DNA of 64,000 nucleotides from Spirogloea muscicola (Eukaryota). The position numbers were made by a program, and so were the translations under genes. The notes below the pieces were generated by a model. It was not told the DNA's origin. It saw only the letters and a list, made by a program, of their open reading frames with translations, and did not search any database. Position 1 is the stretch's first letter. Every line of letters begins with the position of its first letter. Where the stretch lies: assembly GCA_009602725.1 (NCBI GenBank), contig WELB01000023.1, positions 733,977 to 797,976 on the forward strand. Reading direction: 5' to 3'. Shown in pieces: positions 1 to 10,686 of the stretch.

Positions 1-263
1 TCCCTCATCCTGCCACTGCTGCCAGGCCAGGTCGACAAGACCCTCATCGGCACTTCCGGCCATCCTTCCCCACCCCCCCATCCCTCCTGCTATGGATGCT
101 GCCTCACTCCTCCTCTAGCAGCTCCAGCAGGACAGGATGTCAAGGCCCCAATCGTGGCACTTCCAGCCCTCTTTCCCCCCCCCACCCCTCTATTGCTCCT
201 GGCACAGCTGCTGCCTCACTCCACTAGCAGCTCCAGTAGCTGCTAGATGCTAGCTGCTACGTC

Positions 264-665
264 ATAAGATGTGCTTACCTCTGTACTTGGCCATACTGGC
301 CTTCGATTGTTTCAAATACACAAGATTTCCCTTGAGACAAGCTGCCGCTTCTTCCTCTCTTGCGGGCGCCACTAACTCTGCATCCACTCTCGCCAGCGGC
401 AGCCTCACCTGCTGCACTTCGCAGACAATTAACAGCCGCTGGCACTTCGCAGCCACCGTCCTCGACTGAAAAACGTTCTCTATCAGCGTCGCCTTGTGCA
501 CACCGCAGGACTTTCTAAGTGGGCGTCCTATTACTGGCAACTGCGCCTAACCCTTGTCCATGATCCTTCAGCTGGCCCCTTACAATTACCTGATCTCCTC
601 CGGAATTCATTATTTTTTCTGGGCTGGCCTCTCACAGCCATCGCCCTCTGGTGGAAAGCGTCTAT
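264..665 (+). repeat. Degenerate 3'-end fragments of the CRE-like retrotransposon families
   Basis: GTGCTTACCTCTGTACTTGGCCA at about 270-292 matches the family-B 3'UTR at about 4533-4556. TTTTCTGGGCTGGCCTCTCACAGCCATCGCCCTCT at about 615-650 is the shared terminal hairpin unit. Confidence 0.6.
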
Positions 666-1684
666 TCTCCTTAGCTCCACCTATACCTGGTCGACCATCC
701 ACGGACAAGCGCCCTTGCGTAGGCCAATTCTCGTGTCTTAGACAGTCGTAGGCACTCGCCTTCGTTCTCTGATAGAAGCTCCACCTGTTGCTGACGATGG
801 CCGTTGGGGGTCTCACGACCTACCTTGCCCAGCTTGTCTTCACCCAGCCACAACCCCCCTTGCTCAGGCTGCAGCTTACTGACCATATCAGTGTACATGG
901 ACCTCAACAGTGAAGCCCATGATGATCTTGGTCGTATAGGCAGTGTTTCTGTTCATTTGAATCTCAAGCCACTCGTTTGGCATTCCATCATCATGTAATT
1001 GCTTCTTGCAGGCACAATCGATGCGATAGACAGATACAGGAGGAGCATGTGCCACATGGCACTGGCGGACATGCCCATCCCCGACCAAGTGGTCCGATAC
1101 GTTGAGGGGCAAGGATCTGAATGACCTCATTTCAGAGAGAGCCGGTTGGCTAGCAGGTACTACAGGGAGGGGTGATATAGGAGAGTGACATCATGCAAGA
1201 TGAACAAGTCTTACAACAAGAACTCGTCATAACTACTACATCAAGGCAGCCAAGGTTCATTGCAATATGCACAAAGTAAAAGTCACCAAAACATGGCAGC
1301 GAAGTAGGAACCAATGCTGACTAGCTATGCTGTCCTCCTGAAACAGAGAGCGTCGAGGTTTACATGAGGTAATTTGTTTGCGAAGGACCTAATGAAAGTG
1401 TGATAACACGCCCTTGCATGCAGAGGTCTGAAAGCTTGCCAAATTGTGAAGCCAATCACCTGCATCTACAAAGCAGCTGACACCAGTGCAGTGATGCTGC
1501 CCTGCTGACAAAATGCACAACCACAAGAACCTGCTCCATCCTTTCGACCTGCTAGTTCTAAGGTATCAGCGCCGTTAACAGTCATCGCAGCTGCCTCTAA
1601 GCCCAGTCGCTCAGTGATCATCTTCCCCAAGCGGGAGGACGGGCAGTGGTGGTTGCTTGTAGATAAGGGTCACACTCTTCCCAC

Positions 1685-3919
1685 TCATAGCACTTCTGGC
1701 ACACCTAGCTGATCGGGAACCCTGCAGTAGTTCAGAGAAGCACTGTGAGGAGCATCTTACATAAGAGAAATGACTTGCCATGGCAAATCTGCTTCTGCTA
1801 CTGTGCCATTACGGAAGGCAGGGCATCCTCGCCAACAGTGGGGGTAGAAATGGAGGACAAACTTGTGATCCTGGGGATTTGGCATTGCCTCATAGACAGC
1901 TGTCGCAACCACTTCACGAGACATCTGCTCCAAGAAATGCAATGCTTATCAGACATGTGGACTGCTAATCCTTGATGTCCAACAACAAGGTGGCCAAAGA
2001 TTAGTAGAAATATTGGCCTTCTGCTTAGCACCAATGCAATTGAAGACAGTTCCCCTGAAATTGTAATAAGATCAACATCACGAGACAAGAGGCTCCAACC
2101 TGAGTCGCCTCCCCGCGAAAGCCTATGTAGTGTATTCTTGTTGTACTACCCCCATGATTGCTTTGAAAGTGCATGCTGAGATTTGCAATGCCCTGGAATT
2201 TTGCATACCTGCACAGCCAAGACATACATCGCCTGAGCTGTTCAGTACTTGAGCATGCAACATGCTTCAGACAAGCTGCTCTCTTTGGTGAGAAATACAA
2301 GTTGCTCTTCAGCAAGCAAAATTCCATGATAACGAGGGCCGATGCTTACTTGGTCACGTACTCTACCTCCCCTCTTGTATTTTCCGCTAACTCCCATTCC
2401 TATGCAGTGCATCATTTGACAGATGTCAGGCAACTCACTCCAAACTTCCTGGTTGTGCTTTATTGCCTGACAACACATGTACTAGGCCTGTGGACCAACA
2501 ACTTATCAGTGACTCAGACTGAGTCGTCACACTTGTGCAATGTGGATTTGCTCCTGACAGGAGGCATGAGAAAACTCTGCAATGACAAGTATTGGCCGCA
2601 AAGTCTGTGCTTTACTGTTGACATCAATGCTGTCATGCAAATATCCAATTTTTTGACCAAATGCCCAGAGTCAGCTTAGAACGGCAATTTCAGAGTAAGA
2701 CCTGTCTGAGAGTCTACTCTTCCAGTCATTATCGTCATCAATGTCTCAGATGCATACAAGGACGCAAAGATATTGCTGTAGCTTGTCATGACCAGATTTA
2801 AGAATCACACACCTGGAGGGGCGGTAAATCCTGAACATTGGAGAAATCAATATCTTCTCGATTGGAAAACCTGTCAGAGCAAACGATGGTCTTCAGAGGA
2901 GCTTCGACAGCATCATCTACAACATATGATATCACCTTCAAGTTGTGAGCTTGACTTGTCTGTTACACCGGGGTCCACTAAATGCTGGAGCTATACTTTG
3001 AAACTCACACTCGCATGCGTGAGGGGCTTGTGCCATCCACGCCCCCCACAATACAGATGCTCTTGATCTTCACATCGGTCGTGAACCTGAGCAGGTATCC
3101 TACTGCTGTCAGTTGCATTAGCTCTTCTGCTGCCTGTAAAAGAAGTGACTGCTGCTTTCCAGCATATACACAAACATGGAGCCAATACCAAAGGAATGCA
3201 GAAAGTGGAGCTTAATGTAAAATTTCATGATTGACTTACGGGACAAAGATAAGGAGCTCAGGATCGTCGTCGTTGCTCTCCAGGCTCTGCAATCAAGCAC
3301 AGACAAAAGTGGAGCGTACGGCTGCAATGACTACAAACAGCAACTTATGACGACCTTGTCTTGCCGTTCACACTGATATGAACTGCTATTATGTGAGAGG
3401 GAGCAAGAGGAGAGGAGAAGGGTCGTCTCACAAAGAGCTCACAGTGGAGAAGTCCAAGCGCTCCTCCCAGCTCTTGAAGACCAATCCAGCACTGCCCTCA
3501 ACAGCCTCATTCAACGCCCGGACCTGGGACAGACGTCAGGTAAGTCTCATACGCCATGTAGCCACAGGGACATAGCATTCTGAGGAGCACTCATCACTGT
3601 CGATGGTCAAATTCTCCCCGCACCTACATGCTCATGCGAAGAAGAGTGAAGAAGCTGTGACATCTGTTCGATACCTCAAGCAGACAGGACCAGAATGTGA
3701 TGCAAGTAGTGGATTACTCATGCCCGCAGTATGGATTGCAGCGAGCACGTCGGCGGTGCGGTGCTAGGCTTCGGAACCTCACGAGTGGCCTACCTTTGGC
3801 ACATCCACGTGGCGGTACAGGGACCAGGCAGCGCCGCAGTCATGCTCGCCGCAGTCGTGGTCGTGCGAGCAGGTTGCGCCGCCGCCAGCACCGCCGCCGC
3901 CGTTGCCGTGGCCCGCCAT
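1685..3919 (-). CDS. PITH domain-containing protein (PITHD1-like), multi-exon
   Basis: Spliced exons read CSHDHDCGEHDCGAAWSLYRHVD / VRALNEAVEGS / LESNDDDPELLIFVP / FTTDVKIKSICIVGG / NREDIDFS / EWELAEN / YAKFQGIANLSMHF...IHYIGFRGEATQ / VYEAMPNPQDHK. The last exon (1721-1685) is tentative. Confidence 0.9.
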
Positions 3920-4099
3920 GGCGGCGCCGCAGCCGCCGCAGCGCGAGGGGTGCCGAGCAAGTTGTGCACTGCGCCGCGCGGTGAGGACTAGGAGGCGAGT
4001 GACCAAGCGAAGGAAAGCGGCTTCTGATATGAAAGAAGCGGAGCTCGGGTTGGCCAGGTGGCGGCGCGCCACCGGCGAAGCTGACCCGGCCCCTCTGCG

Positions 4100-7000
4100 A
4101 ACGAGAGGCGCCTTTCCGGCGGCCAGTCTTTCTGACTTGCGGTTACTATCGAGAGGTTACGGAGAGAAGGCGCGCGGGGCGCATGAATTGAAAAGGGAGG
4201 CCAATTCAAGCCAATACATTGTTCAGGCAGAGTCGAGTGCAGACAAACTTACTGAGCGATAGTTCCTACGGGCAGTATTTTGGGAAAAGTACTTTGGGAA
4301 AGCGCTTGTCGGCCCCTGTTTAGCAGGGGTTACTGAGTAGTTAGTAGCTGCTTTGTTTCTTCTTGTGTGCTTCTTTCTTAGTGCTTCGCCTTAGTGCTTC
4401 GCCTGGCCCCCTTCTTCTTCTTGGAGGTTGTCGAGTGCCGCCCGGTGTTCGGGCATCAATTAGTGACCTCTATGTGCTGACTCGTGGTTACTGAGCGGGT
4501 CAGCTTAGCAGCAGGGTGACGTACATTTGTCAATGTGCTTACCTTTGTACTTGGCCACACATGGCCCTCCATCTCTTAATACACACTCCTTGCGTTCAAC
4601 AGCGTCGAGCGCAGCGCCATCGCCGAGGAGCTGCGAGCGGCCTTCCCGTCCCTCATCCCCTTCTTCCGCCTGGGCTACGGCCAGCCCAGCGACCTTCTAT
4701 GCCGGACAGGGAGTGGCGAGATGGAGACGCTGCAGTCGAGGACGGGCACACGCCAGGCGGATCCTCTAGCAGGGTTTTTCTTCGCGCTGGCTCACAGCCG
4801 CGCTCTCAGGGCCACTGCGGCGGCGCACCCCGGCGTCCTTCTGCCGTCCTACGCCGACGACACCACGCTCGTCGGCAGCCCGGGGGAGGTCTCGGCAGCC
4901 ACCGTCACCTTCCAGCAGCAGCTGGCCGCCCTTGGCATGACCATCCGCCCGGAGAAGTGTACCGCGTGGTCGCCGCGTGTCCTCCCTGCCGCCTTGCCCC
5001 TGCCGCCTGGGTGCCAAACTCCCCCAAGCGGCCTCACCATCCTTGGGGTCCCGTTCGGCACGCCAGCGTTCGTCGACGGGCAACTGCGCGTCCGCCTTCA
5101 GGAGCACCTCCAGCCAGTGGCCCGCCTCCCCGAGCTGCAGGACATGCAGCTGGCGCTTGCCATGCTCAATCGATGCATTGTGCAGCGTCCTCACTACTTG
5201 GCGCGGACGACCCCTCCCTGCCCCGCGGTGCTGGCGGCCTACACCACATTCGACGCGGGGGTCATGGAGGGCGCGGCGGCCCTCATCCGCCACGATGGCT
5301 TCCTTGCCTCGTCAGCCGCTACGCTCCAGGCCACACTGCCCCCTGGCCAGGGCGGCCTCGGCTGCCGCTCGCTCGCGCGCGTCTGCAGGCCAGCATTCCT
5401 CGGCAGTTGGGCACAGGTCGCCACGTCGGTGGCGCAGCGCTTCCTCCATGATGGGCGGCCCCTGCTGCAGCAGGTTGTGGAGGAGGTGGCGACTGGCTCG
5501 CTGCCTTTCCAGGAGGCCCTCCGCTCAGCCCAGGACGGGTTACTCGCGGAGCATCCGGCCCTTGCAGAGAGCGTGGTCCCCTTCGCTCACCTCGCCCACA
5601 CCTCCGACTCGCAGGCGCAGGCGCGATACATGGCTGCTGTGGACAAGGCGACGTTCACGGACACGCTGCAGCTCCTCCCCGCAGGCGACGTGCGCGGCCG
5701 TGCTCGGCTGCTGTCGGCCGCCTCCCCCGGCGCGGCAGCCTGGCTCTCTGCGCTCCCACTGTATGATGCGCTCAGGCTGCCGGACGAGCTGTTCCGCACG
5801 GCCACGCATCGCCTGCTGGGCCTCCCCCCGCCCTGCCTGCTGGGCGTGCTGCAGTGCGAATGTGGGGAGCGGTCGACGGACCCGGCGGAGCTGGCGGCGC
5901 ATCTCCTCCGCTGCGCCACTGGAGGCGAACGAACAGCTGCGCACGACCTCTTGCGTGATGCTATGTTCGGGATCTTTCAGGAGGCGGGCTACACGGTGGC
6001 GATGGAGAACGCCTCGGTCATGCCCATCCTCGAGAGGGCTGACGGACACCATACGCGTCGTGTGGACCTGGTGGCGTCCACGCCGGGAGGTGGCGCGCGG
6101 ATCATAGCCGATGTAGTCACCACCGATGTGGTCGACCGCTCCAACCTGGGGCTCTCTGCCTCGCGGGCCGGCCACGCTGCCTCGAAGGCCGCTCGCTGCA
6201 AGGCGGCCAAGCACTCCGACCACCCACCTGCCGACGAGTTCGTCCCCTTGGCGGTGGACGTGCACGGGGCTCTTGGGTCCCAGTGGCTTGACCTATTGGC
6301 TAGGCTTGCGCGGCGGGCTGTGTCCCGCAGACGCGGCGAGCCAGCCGACTTCAACGCCGCGGGCTCGTGGGCTCAGGTATATCGGATGCGCCTCTCTGTA
6401 TCCCTGCAGCGGTCCATGGCCCACGCTCTGCATCTGCGAGCTGGCCGTGCTCTCGCTGCGGGCTCTGGCTTTCGTCAGGGTGATAGCTTCCCGGCAGCTA
6501 GTCTGTCGGATCTGAGGCTCCTCACTCGTACTTATTGAGTGATCCATCCTCCCCCTGTTTTACCATTGCATCCTCAGGCCCCTTTGTAGCTGCTCACCGC
6601 TCTTAGGCCCCTCTGAACCTTTGTGAACTCTTTTTGGGCTGGCTTTTCGCAGCCCTTGCCCCCATTGGGAGTGCCACTTCTCTCTTCTTCTTGGGCTTCT
6701 TGTACTCTGCTCATTCTTTTTTGGGCTGGCTGTTCCAGCCCCTATCCTCAATGGCCGAGCTCTTTCTTCTTTTTGGGCTGGCTTTGTCAGCCACTCTTCT
6801 CTACGGGCGCGCTCTAAGTCAGGCCTCCGGCTTTCGTGGCGGCGCTCCAGCTCCCCAAGTTAGCTTGTCAGATTTGTTTGTGCTCACCCGTGGGTACTAA
6901 TGTCATCTTAGGTACCTTAGATTAGGTCTCCGTATTATGTAGCATTGTTTAGTCTGCACTCGACTCTGCCTGAACAATGTATTGGCTTGAATTGGCCTCC

Positions 7001-7131
7001 CTTTCAATTCATGCGCCCCGCGCGCCTTCTCTCTACGGGCGAGCACATCCGCTTGTCGGCCCCTCAGGACCTTTCTTCTCGTCATTGGCCTCCCATTCAT
7101 TTTTATGCGCCCCGCGCGCCTTCTCTCGTCA
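4100..7131. repeat. Nested cluster of retrotransposon 3'-end fragments (at least 4 families) in the PITH/LIP divergent intergenic region
   Basis: Peptide termini ASLSDLRLLSRGY (about 4123-4160), LSRGY* (about 4319-4336), SDLYVLTRGY* (about 4462-4494), SDLRLLTRTY* (ends 6538) and SDLFVLTRGY* (ends 6900). Direct repeats 4303-4317/7050-7064, 4413-4424/6683-6694, 6798-6809/7030-7041 and 7077-7084/7124-7131. Confidence 0.9.
4592..6682 (+). mobile_element. 5'-truncated CRE-like non-LTR retrotransposon (family A): RT, CCHC zinc knuckle, restriction-like endonuclease (RLE)
   Basis: Open frame 4592-6538 begins mid-RT at AFNSVERSAI and contains GTRQADPL (QGDPL-like), YADD, LGVPFG, GGLG, CECG-x10-HLLRC...HD, RRVDL...ADVVT...KAAKH and FVPLAVDVHGALG. 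An in-frame TAA lies just upstream at 4577. 3'UTR is about 145 nt. Confidence 0.92.
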
Positions 7132-7264
7132 CGGAATGAACGAGGTCCAAAAGGTCTGAAGGTCTCTTCATAGGGTCTTTTCATCAGCGGCAGCAACTGT
7201 CCTTCAGAACTCCGCCGACCTGTCCTCGCCGCCGCGCTCAGTGGCCGGCGCCGCCGTTGCGGCC

Positions 7265-9875
7265 ATGGCGGGCGGCCCGGCAGCCGCCTCCTGCGCCGCG
7301 CCGCAGCCGCTGGCGCGCTTGTCCTCGAAGGCTCAGAACAATTGGCGCCGTGTGGCCTGCGCCACTCTCACCGAGGAGAGGGCTGCGCCGAGCGCCCGCC
7401 CTGCCGTGGAGACGGCTGGCGGCCGCGACGCTCCGGCAGTGACAGCGCCACTCCGGGCCGGTGAGCTACTTGCCACCGATCTCGGCTCCTCAGCTCCAGC
7501 AACTTGTGAGACGGCCGCTTTGGAGGCGAGCTGCATCATTCACTGGCACTGCCTGCCTTCATGGTCTGCCTACTAGAACTCAGCGTCGGCGTAGCAACTT
7601 GATACCACTAACGCGCTAAGATTGGCCTTCGCGAGCTTTATGTCACACAAGTCCTGCTGCTGCTGTCACATTTGACGAATAGAGAGGTGGATGTCATTGC
7701 AACCCCTGCAACTGCTTCGATGTGTGGTTGCACAGGCGGCGCCCCTGGAGCGGCGAAGAAGCCGGCGTGGCTCCGTCAGAGGGCGCCGCAGGGGGACAGG
7801 TATCAGGAGCTCAAAGAGTCGCTGAGAGACCTGAACCTCAACACTGTCTGCGAGGAGGCCCAGTGCCCAAACATCGGAGAGGTGAGTCGATCCACCTTCG
7901 CTCGAACAGCGGCTGACATTGACCCGGATGCGGGAACACGCTGATCACAACGATGCTCATCCTTGGCGCTCCATAATCTAGTCACTGGCAAGGAGCTGAT
8001 GGCTTGCTCTGTTGTTGGGACCCCCTTATCTTGTGGCAGTGCTGGAACGATGGCGGAGGCCCAGAAGGGGAGGGTGGCGGCGTGGGCACAGCTACAATCA
8101 TGTTGCTCGGCGACAGCTGCACACGGGGGTGCCGGTTTTGTGCGGTGGCGACAAGCCCATCCCTGGCGCCTCCTGATCCCATGGAGCCTGAAAATACTGC
8201 ACGCGCCATTGCAAGATGGGGGTGCGTGCAGACTTTGCAGCACAAGCTTTGAGTCTTGCGCGTCTACAATGTCAGCATCAAAATAGTAGTGTACATTGTG
8301 ATCATCTACCAGGCATTATAGAGTTTCGGAAGGATGCCCAGGAGCATTGTGCTCCCTTTTCAACTCAGACACTCCACAGCAGAGTAGCCTGCATCATTGT
8401 TTTCATTTCCACTACTATATGAGCAAGTGCAGGTAGCTCTTACCATGCGGTCAGTCAGGATCGAGGCGCCTTTGTCCTTTTTGTGAGCTGCGCTTCAGCC
8501 TGTCGTACTTGAAGCCTGAGCTTAGGTTGCTTCTCTGCAGGGTTGGTTATGTGGTGCTAACAAGTGTAGATCGCGATGATTTGCCTGATGGGGGAAGCGA
8601 GCACTTTGCACGAACAGTACGCACCTTGAAGGTACACAATCGGACCATCTAATATGGTGCCTCTATGTCCAAATATGTATTGTTTATCTAGCAAACAGTA
8701 TTTCAAGTCTAAGGTACCAGCATGCTTGTAGTCTCTGTGCTGATGTGTTGAAAGTCTTCTGAGGGTTCTGTTGCACTTTGGTGCAGGCAGAGGCACCGCA
8801 CATACTGGTGGAGTGCTTGGTGCCTGATTTTCGAGGTGATATGGACGCTGTCATCAATGTAGCCCAGTCAGGTCTCGATGTCTTTGCGCACAACATCGAA
8901 ACCGTTGCCAGGCTGCAGCGACCGGTTCGTGATGCACGAGCAAAGTAAGCCGCTACCTGTGCTAATTGCTGTGCTGCAAGTCTTGCATGCCTCCCATATC
9001 ACAGGCGCTTCCCAATAAAGATGGGTGCTCTCGATCTAGTTAAGGGCTTTACCATGTCATCAAAGCATGACCTCTGAGAAGGACAGCTTGCTACATGCAG
9101 GGGTTCTGTTGTCACAAAGGCAGGCCTTGGGGGTTAGCTCTATTGACCAGCCGCAAATTGTGTGCATGGCAGTTACGAGCAGAGCTTAGCTGTCCTCAAG
9201 GCAGCCAAGAAATGCAAGTTGGGGATGGTGACCAAGTCCAGCATTATGCTCGGGCTTGGTGAAAAAGACGAGGAGGTCAGGCAGACAATGCTGGACCTGA
9301 GAAGCGCGGAGGTGGACATTGTCACACTCGGTCAATACCTACAGGTTTGCCTCTCAAACAGGCTCTTTCACATTGTATCATCTCCACAAGCAGGCACCAT
9401 CGATTTCCTTGATGACTAGGTAGGCTTACAGTCGTGCTGCTGAGGTTGTTCCATGCTAGATAAATTGACCTTGTTCAAAGGAAGGACACTGCTCATATCC
9501 TTCTAGGACACTTTGACCAGCTTTTTCCGTCACCTGAAGAAGCTCTGGATGTGTGCAGCCTACTCCCTTACACTTAACTGTCAAGGAGTTTGTCACACCG
9601 GAACATTTTAAGCATTGGCAGGAGTATGGCTTGTCAATTGGCTTTCGCTACGTCGCCAGTGGCCCCTTGGTAAGATTGACTCTTGTTCTATACATGAGTC
9701 TGAGAAGTCACACGGCCAGTATGAGTGATTCTTGGCTAGCAACACTGCTACATGCAACATAACATAACGGTGCTGCTTCTCCTCCTGTGTGCAGGTCCGA
9801 TCCTCGTATCGGGCAGGTGAATTCTTTGTGGAAACAATGCTCCGTGGTGGCCATGATTACACCACACATAAGTGA
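7265..9875 (+). CDS. LIP1: Lipoyl synthase (radical SAM), probably the plastid isoform; 8 exons
   Basis: [72 protein letters not shown]; Ala/Arg-rich transit-like N-terminus. Confidence 0.95.
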
Positions 9876-10686
9876 CAGATGGATACACGTGGCTCAATCA
9901 CGTCAGATGCTGGCAACTCCTTGAGTACCTGGTCATCTCGGACTAACAGCAAGTTTACTCATCGCTTGTCCGAGCTGGACTACATCATTCAATTTCATAA
10001 CAGCTGATGATTGTCAGCTTCCCGGACAGGTCTGTTGCTTTAGTTAATGTCCCCTCGTTCAAAGAACGAATGACTAGATCGAAGTCGTCCCTAGATGGGC
10101 TATACACCTGCAGCAATCCTATCTTATGCCATACACGCTGTACAGAATTTTTTGAGAGCCCTGCACAAAGAGCAATCGAGTAAATGAGCTATTAAAAGCC
10201 TTCTGCCGTCATCAGGGCTTTAGGATTATGTGGACAATCAGATGCACCTGCACGACCAAGCAATCCAACATCTTCCTCCAATCTCCTTGCCCAACTGGTA
10301 CTTCCAAACCTACAGTACCGTAAGCAGGCGTTGGAAGGGAATGGCATCCAGCTTTGAAGATTGAGACAACATTCAAGAGGTTACTTGTGCAGGTGATGAC
10401 CCTTGCGGGTCAGGATTCACAGATCCAACAAGCTAGCATGAGAGCGAACAGACACACTGGCAGCTTGAATAACTGTACGCCCGACAAACAACATGATGAT
10501 ATACTAGCTATTATTCTGATAATCAGAGAGTGACAAAGTGTAATCAAAGTTCTCTTGACTCTTTCGGGTAGTTCATGAATAGCGCATTGATCATCATGTT
10601 AGTGCCTAGGAATCCATGAATAGAGTGCAGGTGTGCTTGCTGGTGAGCTTTTCAGTGGCAAGTGGCAACTGCCAATTGCACAGCTA

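Noticed and set aside
4516..6354. Long overlapping alternative-frame ORFs in the RT element and in GC-rich first exons
   Set aside because: Arg/Pro/Ala-rich shadow frames expected from high GC content, with no recognisable motifs.
4161..7033. About 88-bp inverted repeats flanking the RT element (4161-4248 vs 6947-7033), resembling terminal inverted repeats
   Set aside because: The right copy is the 3'UTR of family D inside its own TSD, and the same sequence occurs alone at 53937 and 50454. These are two independent insertions in opposite orientations.
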